This document shows positions 1-12,400 of a stretch of 64,000 nt of DNA, piece after piece (the first letter of the stretch is position 1; each line of letters opens with the position of its first letter). This DNA comes from Laetmonice hystrix (Eukaryota): positions 24,056,001 to 24,120,000 of the forward strand of contig OZ249447.1 of NCBI GenBank assembly GCA_965235115.1, written 5' to 3'. A model generated the notes under the pieces. That model had not been told where the DNA came from, did no database searches, and saw nothing but the letters and a program-made list of their open reading frames with translations. A program made the translations under genes and the position numbers.

Positions 1-337
1 GAATAGTGCACGGAGTTTTAAACTGAACCTTCATATAAATATAAATGTAAATCTCAGGTCATCGTTTTTATTACAGGGAATAGTGCACGGAGTTTTAAAC
101 TGAACCTTCATATAAATATAAATGTAAATCTCAGGTCATCGTTTTTGTTACAGGGAATAGTGCACGGAGTTTTAAACTGAACCTTCATATAAATATAAAT
201 GTAAATCTCAGGTCATCGTTTTTATTACAGAGAATAGTGCACGGAGTTTTAAACTGAACCTTCATATAAATATAAAAGTAAATCTCAGGTCATCGTTTTT
301 ATTACAGAGAATAGTGCACGGAGTTTTAAACTGAACC
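1..337. repeat. 77-bp minisatellite, at least 4.4 copies (truncated by window start)
   Basis: gaatagtgcacggagttttaaactgaacc starts at 1, 78, 155, 232, 309. Confidence 0.97.
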
Positions 338-419
338 GTCATATACCCTCTGACCGGATACCTGTCTGGCAGCTGAGAAGGCTTTCACTGATCTGAGATA
401 ATAATAGGTTGATACTTAC

Positions 420-498
420 ATCTATAAATAGGGACCGTGCTCCTGACCCTCCTCTCACCCAGATTTCACATATTCCTTGGTAGTCGTACATTTGTATT
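420..498 (-). CDS. CACNA2D3/4-like: alpha2delta exon 28 ([26 protein letters not shown])
   Basis: ctcttcttcatttgtag| acceptor, |gtaagt donor, 79 nt, phase 2-0; YDYQ..C motif. Confidence 0.95.
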
Positions 499-3400
499 CT
501 ACAAATGAAGAAGAGAACATGAACTCTTACGGTAAAATACAATAAAATATTAGATCGAATTCCGCAAACATTACTCTCAATATACTATGAATATTAACAC
601 GCTCTCCTGAAATATATCTACTGTTTATTGACAACTCATATACCGGTAAGCCAGAAATAAAGGCTGCCAAGAATGACATGGTGTTGAAGAGATAAAAGGC
701 TGCCAAGACTTAGTCGACGTTGAAGACACCTACCTCCTAAAAACCCCTTTCTTAATGCCCATACTATCGGCCTCCTCATGTTGGATAAGTTCCTTCATTA
801 ATGTTCCATCCAGCTCCCCAAAGAATTTACCAATCTGCAACATAGAGATTTGATGTGGACGAGATTCGTTTCAAATTCACGACAGCCGACGTATGAACGT
901 GGCTACGTACAGTTGGCACCTCTCATTGTCTCTCTGTCATCTGGTTCAGGTTGGGCACACCGCACAGAAACGTAGCAGGTCATATTCAAATGAGCGTAAA
1001 TTGTTGTTCATGCCTGCATACACCTTATTCATTACCACTTCACATTTTCTAAATACTGTTTGCTAAAAAATCGATCTAGGACTTACCTCGCCTTGGTTCT
1101 CCGACAAAACCACAAAGCCATTGTTATCAAGGAGATAACAATCAAGCTCCTGAAGCCAAACAAATTATTGATATCACTGTTAATGAAACAACTATAGAAA
1201 GACATGTTGATTGACCTTAGTCACACCAACAAACATACAGCAAACATGTCAACATACAAAACCTGTCAACAAACATACAGCAAACATGTCAACATACAAA
1301 ATCTATCAACGCAAAATGAGCAAAACATATCACCGCAAAATGAGCCAGCTGAAACAAGCTCGCACAATTTGACTGTTGAAGTTGCCGATAAATTAATCCT
1401 CGTACACGCAGAAAATTCCCCTCTTGATCAGGTATCGACCTTAGTTATGACCGCATACATCAAAAGTCGACCAATGGCAGTGTGTTAAGACAGTATTAGA
1501 CGATAAATGCCAAGGAGTCTATGAAAGATGATTTACGTACAGCACTTTCACAAGTCATGTTACACGGAGCGTCCTTGAAGGGGCAGACTCTCGTCTGGTT
1601 GATGAAGAACTCGTAGAACTTGTCGTATCTCATCTGGAGACCGACGACGGCAGCCACCGCCTCCCGGCCCTCCTCCGAGATGATGATCGGTGAACTGGCT
1701 GTCACCACCGTCTTGTTCCACTCCGACTCATCACCTACAACAATGGACAACACTGGCGTCAACTGTAACTTCACCTACAGCAATGGACAACACTGCCGTC
1801 AACTGTAACTTCACCTACAGCAATGGACAACACTGGCGTCAACTTTAACTTCACCTACAGCAATGGACAACACTGGCGTCAACTGTAACTTCTCTGTGTA
1901 AACTGGTCTGTCTACCTCACCACGACTCGTTATATAAACTGGGCTGTTTCTACCCCGCCACTGTTCGTATATAAACCTTTGTAAAAATGAATATTGCAAG
2001 AATTCAACCGCCACCGTTGCCTCTTGACCAGTGACCTCAAGAAAAGATGAGCATAATGTACCCGGTAACCCCTTTGTTACGGTACTTTCATACTGACCAG
2101 CATTAAATGGTACGGAGAAGGTGAACACGCTTTCCCCTCCCTCCACTGCCCGTGTGTAGTAGAGCTCACTGATGGTGTTCACGTTTCTCTCCATGAAATC
2201 TCTGAGGGAAGGTAGCGTCAAAGAGATTTAGAAGGTCAATGAAGACTAAACACACTTCCTAGTAACCTCTTCTACTATTCTCTATTTTAAATATTATCCA
2301 TGGCATGCATGTTTCAACAGCCGAAAATGTTTTAATGGGCATCAATGTGTTTGGATAAAGAACGTTTGACTGTATACCGGTTAACGAAAATCAATCACTG
2401 TTTGGATAAAGGACGTTTGACTGTATACCGGTTAAAGAAAATCAATCACTGTTTGGATAAAGGACGTTTGACTGTATACCGGTTAAAGAAAATCAATCAC
2501 TGTTTGGATAAAGGACGTTTTGACTGTTTTTAAGATACTAACTAATAATTAATTACTTAATGGTTGTGTAAAGGCACTATTCATTATCACCAAAGCAACT
2601 AACATAACTTACGGTTCTGTGAGGTTGTCGACAAGTTTTAAATACCGTGTAAGACCACCTTTTGTTCCAATAAAGACGAGTTCTATTCCGTTTCTGAAAA
2701 AAAGTGTTACGAAATTAAAAAAAGAACCCAATGGGCGTTATTCAAGATTCACATAATTCATTTAATGTAGAAATCATGCTCAATATGTAAGGACTCTATA
2801 CTGTTGATTTCTTCATATAAGAAACTAAAGCATTTGTCTCGTATGTAAACCTGAATTGAAGGGGCATTTAATGATCATGCGGCCCCTATTACATGCATGA
2901 CTGCACAGAACCATGGACAAGGGGGACACCCACACACATAATAATGTCAGACGAACCAAACATCACTGTCATTTAAGAACGATACCAATTGGCTTTTCTT
3001 AACAACCAATAGGACAGGCGGTTCGCGAATACTCAAGATTCTACACGTCAAACAAGCAAAAAAGGTCACCGACACTGGTACCGGTACGGTATACACAACC
3101 ACATTCCAACTCTCTAGAGGGTGGACTCGGTTACTCATGCTTTGTATGACGGGTAGCTAGCAATGGTTGAAAGGTAACAGGGTTATATTGTAACACATAA
3201 TGCGGGGCACTTGGTGACATGTGATATTCAGGGACAGTTTGCAACACAACCTTTGGGATGTCTGGCTGATCAAGGGTTAACGTGGTATGGTTCCGTTCTG
3301 GAGGAATGTATCTAGTCGCTATTCAGATGTAAACCTCAGGCTGATACGATGTTATAACTTATCGATGTCTCAGTAACAAAAACTAGATTACACATACACA

Positions 3401-6400
3401 ATTATTCATCAATTGCGTTACATTCTCATTTAATAGTACAGTGAAAAAAAAACAGTTACAAGTATTTCCGCTTCAATATACTGATGTATTTGTAATTTCT
3501 TTGAAATATTCAAACATAATTTCCCATCAGTCATCCACTGGTGGTGCATGCAATCTGAGAATTAGAGTATCTAATTGACGTGGGTCCGAAGACGTTGCAA
3601 AATTCTCATTAGGATCCTCAACTACCATGCATTGTGTAATGCCAAAGTATACTGTAACGGAAACGAATAATTCAGCACCTTTCTGCACAAGAGTTAATAA
3701 ACGATGACATCTTGTCCCTCCGAGGCCGGAGTGTGTGGGTGGTCTGATGTTTTCCCCTGTCTGAACTCATTGTCATCTTGTTTTACAAGATCATCAGATG
3801 CTGTCTTATACTGTAACCGCGTTAGACTGACTAAAGTACGACCCTCAACCCCGATATCGAGGTACACTGCTTCAGGTATTTGCTTCAAAAGAAATAATTC
3901 TTAAATCATCCGACAGGTTGAAAACCCATCGATACACGTGATGGTCTCAGGTTATACCACGGCCATTATAACCCACTGTTCTCAGGTCGTGTCTTTCTCG
4001 ATCAATGAAACAATGTTTTTGCTCCTATTCTTGAAACCTTTTGATTTTTTTTCTTTCTTTTGTACATACTGTCATGATTGTACTGTTGGTTCCTTGTGCT
4101 TGTGCTTGATGTTTTCACTGCAGATGACAAACTAACAGAAATTGTAAAAGAAAGAAACGTTTCCAAATAGTTTTTTATTTCTACAACAGCTCATCTAGCA
4201 TGCTTCTATGACCAGAGACAGTAGAACCCCAGGGCCACGTGCTGACGAGCCACTCTCCCAGCCAGCCAAACTCATCTCTGCTGCCTCCCTGGAACCCCTT
4301 GCAGCTCTCTGACAGAACCATAGAGAGCTACTTTGTGGAAAGCCATGCCTATCAGCAGTTCATATTTCTGGAATTTCTATCAAATGGTTAAAAGTACCAT
4401 GCCGTATCGTGTCTGGCCGTTGTGCTGTATTAACCGTGTTCTAAGGTCATGGCTACTGACAATCCATCAGAACACGTGTCCCTGGGTTCTACGAGCATGT
4501 CGACCCTCTCCTTCCGATGTTTCGTTTCCATGACAGATCAACAACTCCAACATCATTTTAAAGTCACCAGTAAACGAAGGTATTCTCAAATATCATTTAG
4601 TCACGCTTGACTCCAAACTTTTCGAACCCTTGGCAACAGCAACTGATTGCAAGCGACCAACTCGACCTGACGGAGATCAAGATAAATCTACCAGCCATCA
4701 GTATATTCAGTACACAAGCTTCACTATCAATTATTGGAATACAAATCCTATGCGCAACCTAAAATCATGTGTCTGCAATCATATAAACAACAGGAACTAA
4801 ACCAAGGTGCATTGCAGTCAGTTGCCAGCTGTCATCGATAGCTTAGGTCTTTGTCCCTTTGTCCACCCATCACACACTCATCCCTCATCTGGTGTTCCAC
4901 ACTTTACCACATATTGGAGCGGACTTTATCATTTCATTTGCAATCAGACTCACTTTGGAGCGTAGTGAGGCCTAACTACCGGTATCGTGAAATCATTTAC
5001 ACAGGTATTGTTGATCTGAAATTCGACTGCGTCAGGTTGCCTTCCCGTTGAGCACACAATTCCCCTACGAACAACAAATTTGTATTGACTTTTGCAGCAG
5101 TCGCCTATTCTATCTACCATGCAATCTTCATGCACATCTCTCAACTGTGTGTCAACACTGTTGACATATTTATTATGTGGTGAAATAACGAGAGCAAGCA
5201 TGATTTAATGTCATCATCATTATGATCATATAATCATCATCATTCTCCCATAATGTAATTGTATCCAGGAATGAGCCTTTAACGTCGGCATGTATTGTAA
5301 GGGTGTCAGAGTTGAAAAGCATTCAGTACAAAGTGACCTACAATTATTCATTACCCCATTATTCGAAAAATTCTGCATTTCATATGAACTACTTTGTTCG
5401 CTGTGTCTTCTGAATAAGTAAATTGCCAAAAGAATTCGACGGGCGGCGAGAGGTCGGGTTTCTCATGCTCTGACCAACGGAAGGAAGGACCACTGGGTAG
5501 AGTTTCAAAGCATCCAACACTTTTAGGGGGATACACGAAAGAAAGAGACTTGTCACTCAAATATTATTACGCCTAAGGTTATGTGGTTTCCTAAAGCTTT
5601 CTTTCAGTCATTACTTCATACTGTGTCATCAAACCTTATAGAGCTGGGCCCGGTTCACAAACAAAGTCAAGTCAATTTTAATTGACTTGAAGTCAATTTT
5701 ACTTGAATCTGATTGGTTAAAATGGATTTCAAGTTAATTAAAATTGACTTGACTTTGTTTGTGAACAGGGCCCAGATCTTATTATGTAGAGTTCTATACA
5801 TGGTGAGTACGATTATGGCTATGTGATTTTCAAACCTCGCAAATCTTACCTTTCATTCTCTACATTTCCTGTTTTGTACTGAAGGAAGGGCTTTAAGATA
5901 TTCTTCATGGTCAAATAAGTCCAGATATCAATAATTCACATTTGAAAAAAGCTTTAGCAGTCCACGAACCTAAGCGAATTGTTCTTTCTGGACTGTGAAG
6001 TTCTATTTGCCTCAGTTGGCGAACGATGAAGCTAACCTGATTGTCTTGTTACCATATAATGTCATTATAATGTCATTATGACCATTGAGTAAAAAGAATG
6101 TGGTTTTGGACGGTAATGTAACGCGTATGGAGGGTTAAACACTTTGACTGGTACATGTGCGACTTTTGGGTGGGGTTTTATTCCTTAGGTGGGCCATCCC
6201 TTAAAGTGTTTGATGTTTGGCGTTTGGAAATGAAGGTTATTTTGTAGCGTTACCACCAGTATAAAAGGGAAGGGGCAACAGAAGAAATGAATAGTTTTGG
6301 TGTCACTGTTGATGAACTGATAGCAAGGAGCTAATGCGGTGTCACCTCTTGTTAAATAGGGTAATCGGGTTTCAGCATTGCTGGTTGCGCCGCTAGGTGT

Positions 6401-9400
6401 CACTACTTGAGGCCAGGGTTAGGAGGATGAGTAGAGTGACGTTACCTTGGCTGGAAGTCCGGGGTGCACGTGCTGTGTTGGGTAGTGCAATTACTGTGCA
6501 GTGATGTGGCAGGAGAGGAGGGAACAACAAAATTAGTATAAAGTGGCCATACATCCACAATACCACGCCAACCAAGCTGAAAATGCCAGGAACAAAACAA
6601 TCGTCTCTACCAACCAGGCTGAGTGAAACAACCAACCAATCGGCTACGTTGTAAGAAAAGAGGGTCTAATTAAAGAATGCATTATGCTTCTCTAGATAAT
6701 AAAGGCACAGATTAATAAACTCTTGGTTCATCGGAAAGGACATGAAACTTCAACAGTTAAGTTTATGTCCTTAAAGCTTAGCAAGAACTTATCACATCTA
6801 GGAAATGTTTGGAAAGCTGAAACTGTGCTTAAGTGAGAGTTCCAATATATGAAGCAACACGGACTAGATAACTTAATGCATAAAATGGACATTATGTAAA
6901 CTAGGTGGATTGCAAGAATAGCCATTAATGGAGGAGGAGGAGCAAAAATGGCCTAGTGAAAAGATGGCCTCATTATAAGGATTTTACCGGCACCGTAAAT
7001 ATTTACTAATCTTTGATGACCATACTGAAGCAAGCAATTTTAAACCATCTTTTATGGCAAAGTAGAAAACTTTTACGAGCTTTATACCTGTCCTAGTACC
7101 TCAGAAACAATCCCTGATGTCATTCAACATATACGTAACGACAGTGTAATTGCCGTACTAAAACCTACAAACTGCAACCCATTGCGTTACTTTAACCACC
7201 TCGGCTATTTAAACGCCTACCTTTTCAATATACGTAATAGAAAGTTCGATAACTGATGACCAATAACAAGCAACTTCCACTGGGCCGCGGCCGGCTGTTT
7301 CTACCTTTGTATGGGTATGGCTGGTCGTAGTACAATAAATGTAGATAAACACACTGTATCTTCAATGTCACCATATGCAAATATATTGCATTAGGCCTAT
7401 ATATTCCGACTTTTGTCAAATGCGGCTAAACATAATAACTGTACAAGGTCAGAACTTGCCCAGCGGCCCGGCCAGCCGGACGGCCCAGTGGATATGGTGC
7501 TTTTGGGGCATCCAACAACTGTCCGGCCTTAGTAACCTTGTTATTGTGAAGGGTCCCAACACACTACAATACATTGAAGTCTTTTACCGTTAAAACAGGC
7601 ATCAAATGACAATCTTTCCCATATCTACGTATAAATTTCCTATTACACTTCGTTTGGGACATGAGTTTTATGATTATGTTGCAAACTTTACAGGTTTAGA
7701 CACATAAACGCAGTATGAACGAACTTGAGACCACATATCAGTCTACAGACGTATCTAGATGGCCTTTGTGTGTCGTCACAAACACAATATAGATACTACT
7801 GGCGATTACATGGACAACGGGATGGTTAACACTGAGAACGTGTATGCACAATTCAGGTTCAACGCCAGATTCTACAAATGACGGTATTCCCTAGTGCACT
7901 CTATGCAGTTGACTGTTGCTGAGCCCACGTGATCAATCCACTGCTAGCTGATACATTCACGGATCTCGATTCAACATTACCTTCTATATTAATGCGATCT
8001 GTAGCCACCTGTACACCACATCTTAACATATCAAACCACCACACTTACAACGTCATCTACGACTACATCCTCATAAAGTCGTAATATGGATGCCACTTCT
8101 ACACCACAACCCTGTTTCAGTACTTGGGGCGGCATATAATGACTGACATATCGTCTTTCTTAGCCACAACATTAGAAGAGACAATAGACCAGCGATTCCT
8201 TACAATTTATTTATTTATGCGTGTGTGACAATTTTTGTTCGAATCTTCGGGCGGAATTATCTGCTGAATACTCCTGAGCAAACAAAAAAATAAAGGCTGG
8301 CCCTTTTCAAACCGAATGTTAGTATCTGCCTAGTGTAAATTCCATGCAGAATTCCCGATCCTTGGCGAAAAACTACCTTATATTGAAATCCAGAAGAGTC
8401 AGAACCCTTCATTGAAAAATACTATTTTTTGTCTGCCCCTAGAGAGCACCTGACAATACTTTGAAGATTCAGGCCCTTTCAGCATAGTACCAATTGTTAT
8501 TGTCAGGTTACCTGCGATATACCGGTACCTATGGGCACACTTTAGCCTCGGACTTGTGACGATATCAATAGTTACCCTCAAATCAACAATCTCCATACTC
8601 AGAATCCCCGTTTATTCCTGTTAAAAAAAGCGGTACTCTTATTTAGAAAAGGGAGTGAAAAGAAAATATTACATAACATATCAGGGTAAGTGTGGCTATC
8701 TTGTTGTAACCAGCCACTCTATCAATGTCTCTCCAGGAATACGGGACACATGAGACCTAAAGCTGAGTGGTGAAGGTTGGACAGACATCAGCAGTGGTGG
8801 GTAGTGGAAGCACTGAAGGTAACCAGTGACGTCAGCTGACACACCACAACACCAAACCTACCTTCTCGACGTGCTGTGGTTTAACGTGCCGTCACGATTC
8901 TGCTTCATCCAGTTGGCGAGAGCGCCACGCGTAGCTTCCGCATCGTACAGTAAACTCTCTATCAGTATTGGATCACCTGGCAAAATGGTAATGGAATGGA
9001 TACCAGTAAACTAATGCTAACATGTAGGCCTACATTGGAAAATCCAATACGGGAAAGGTTACACAAGATCTCACAGAATTACCAGTGATTTTTACGGTTG
9101 CAATTGTACCACTACTGTTAAAAGAAATGCCATACTAATGTTAATGCATAGTGCTACTGATGGCCTTAGCCGTATCAAAGCAGCTATTGCCGTACTACGT
9201 CAAAACATGTCTCTTGTATTCAGCATGGTATTAAATAGTAGTGAAATGATGCACCCCTTGCAGCCGATACGGTAAACCAACATTTCTTAGCCCATGTTAA
9301 TTAAGTATAATGAGATGAAACCCAAGAATTATTTGTGGTAAGATATGAGGGAAACATGTTTAAATCAGAGATGTAGAGATGTACAGAGATGAAGCCAGAT

Positions 9401-12400
9401 ACATGTTACCCTGGGGCCCGTTTCACTATGCGAGGACATCCCCAAGTGGGGACATCCACGATTCAGAGACATCGTTTCAATGTTTGTGTTGGCTTACATC
9501 TATCATCATAGAAAGCGTTGCCTTGTTGGCCGTATTCCAGGTACTTGAGTAACATCTCCACCTTATCCTGCCGGGTTTCATTGGTGTCCATCTTGCAGTA
9601 GTTCCTTCAGTGGATATAATACAATGTATAACCGGCCGATGATAAGTCGTGTTTTAAAGGAAACCATGTCAATACGTGGTTATAGGTGTAGACTACATGG
9701 GTCACAACTATCTGTGTCAGGATCCAACTGTTTATAGTACCTTGTTTCTGAAGCAGTTTCAGTATAATCATCATCAAATCACCATCCTCTTATAACAGAC
9801 TACTTACCAGTCAGCAATTTTGACTTCACTAGATTTGAATGCTGAAAGATCTGGAAATACATACAACAATGATACTGTGACAACAGAAGCCATGTCCAAG
9901 TCTGTTATGAATGGCACAAACTCGATAAGGCATTATGACGTTACTAAAACTACAGGCAAGAATCACACGTGGTGGGAGTTAGATCTAAGTGTAAAACAAC
10001 ATGAGAAAGTTTACCGGTTTTAGCAACAAGACGACGCCGACCATCCAACCAATTCATACCATATCCTTCAGGTAGAGCTATGCCAAGACTGGAACACCAA
10101 ACACAGGTCAACTTTAAAGGCAATCGCGCCATTTTAGATCTGACGTTGAAAAAGCTTAGATATTTGGTAGAAGTGAAGATCTATATGTCTACTTTACAAA
10201 AACATGAAAAAAATATATGGTCACCGTGGAAACCTGAGAGTGACAGCACTGCCACCTTGTGGCCAATTTGGAAATCAGGTAGAACTATTCAACACAACAT
10301 AAATTCAGTTTTTTTGTATTTATTCACAATCATAAATCACTTGACGACACCAGTTTAATCAGGAGACATGGGTTAATGAAAATACACCAAAGAAATTAAA
10401 AAAATGCAGGTTTTGGGGTGTTTCCAGGATACATATAATTCAACTGAAATGTTAATTTTCGGCAGTCAGATCGGTAAATCGTGTGCCAAAAAAAATTCAA
10501 CGTTGACAATTCTTCAAAATTTCAGCAGCGTATGCCGGAGAGGCTGCGTTATCACATGCACAAAGAAAAAATAGGGGTCACCGTGCTTATTTTTTTAGTA
10601 ACAGGCTCCGTTTACCCCGGAGTTTGGCCAAAAACTGATTTTTTACACGTCAAATGTAGGAATTTCTATTTTTATGCAAAATAGACATCCTAGTTATATT
10701 AAATATTAAAATCCTTTCAAATATTGACGGTTTGAAGATATGGATATGATTACAATACGTGATTAAGGTAAGCAGTAATTAATTATTGAATGCCTTTTAA
10801 CGATAGGTCAATAAGTACATGTAACAACTTTACCTGAAAGGTGTATTTTCTACATCTGTGAAAAAGTAGTTATTTTGTCGTATGGAAACCCTTTTCTGGA
10901 AAAGTAAAATATATACCATATGTCTCCATGGTCTGAAAAAACTGCACCAAGTCATAGCAACGTTTATTGCAAGATTCACTAACTGTCTGAACGTCAATAT
11001 CTGTATAAATATTTCATTTTAAAGTACGTCCTAAGCCTCTTTAAGCTATATTATCTTTTAGCGATTATCAAGTCTTTCTGCTAGGTGAGGCACAGTTTAT
11101 GAAAACATAACGCAGTAAGACTGGATTTGGAGCCGACTACCCGACTATCTCGACGGGAGAAACTGAGAGAATAACACCAGCTGATCTCGGAGAAACAATG
11201 ATAATACTCACCATGTTGTCATAGTGCACCTTCACGGCCATGCTGAATTGGTTAGTTCTTCGGTCTATCATCATCTGCCTCAACTACAATATACCATGTG
11301 GCAACATTAATCGAAAATCTCCTATCTCTGCCTCACAATGCACCAACAATTTCTTTATCATTTTGATGCTCCTTTCCCTGACCCAGAAGAAAGTTTTATA
11401 ACACAATTGATAACAATTACGACTTGTTTCGATCTCTCCTTGACTGACGAAAACCTTCAGGCGAGCCAATAATTCACACAACATAAGATGGAGGATGCGA
11501 GAACCGTGATTGCTGTGACATGCGCCACTTCGTTTAGACGTTGCCACAACAATACAAAAAGAGGTGTTTAAAAAGCCTGCTTACCTTGATGTTGTAGTTT
11601 GGCCTGGGAAAGCCCCCTATGGATTGCTGAAAGGTTTACAGAGTACCATTATTAGATATGCTACAACAGTGATCAGGTTTCTGGGACTATTTCAAGGACG
11701 CTGATTCTATATTTGAAGTAAGAGCAAAAGTCATCTCTCATTTCTGAATCCTATTATTTGTCTCGACAAATGTAGAAAAAGACCACCTAAGAACGTGCTG
11801 TATAAATGCAAAAAAGTTATGAAAATTAACACAAAACTGATACACAGTTGATATAATTACTTGCTTGTAGAAAGCCTCGAACATTACGGGGGATGCAGAT
11901 AAATAGGTGCTTGAAGATCATTAAAGTGCCAAAAGCATTCTCTTTAGTTACATTTCTCTCCAGCAAAATCTATACAGGTACAACATGATTTCATCTGCGG
12001 AGTCATATAAAAGTTCATCTAAAACTGTGAAGACATTCCCGTGATTTTCTGCATGACCAACCGAGGGTAAATCAAACTTGTGTCGTATTTTGAGACATCC
12101 GTTTGTGACCTCGGTGCTGCAACCTACGGGAACAAATGACCCAATTCTACATCTATATTTGGGCTGCAAGGCTTACAACTGATGCATAACATATATCAGG
12201 TGTTCTCAATATCTACCAATAACAACTGAAACGTGTCATCAGCATCCATATACCCAAGGAGGATTCTACCTCTATGTAGGTGACATTGATATCCTGTAAC
12301 CAGACAAGCAGTGGGTTTGTCAGCTTGGGTAAGCTAAGAACACATATTGAATTTGTACACAGCAAGTCTGTACAAAACGGCATCCACTGCTGAATGACGG

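Noticed and set aside
10355-10800. Kolobok-like DNA transposon fragment (TTAA near both ends)
   Set aside because: No convincing TIR pair could be defined by eye.
11948-12169. Possible further cassette exon beginning tttgttcccgtag|GTTGCAGCA
   Set aside because: No good in-phase donor before the frame closes; no homology.
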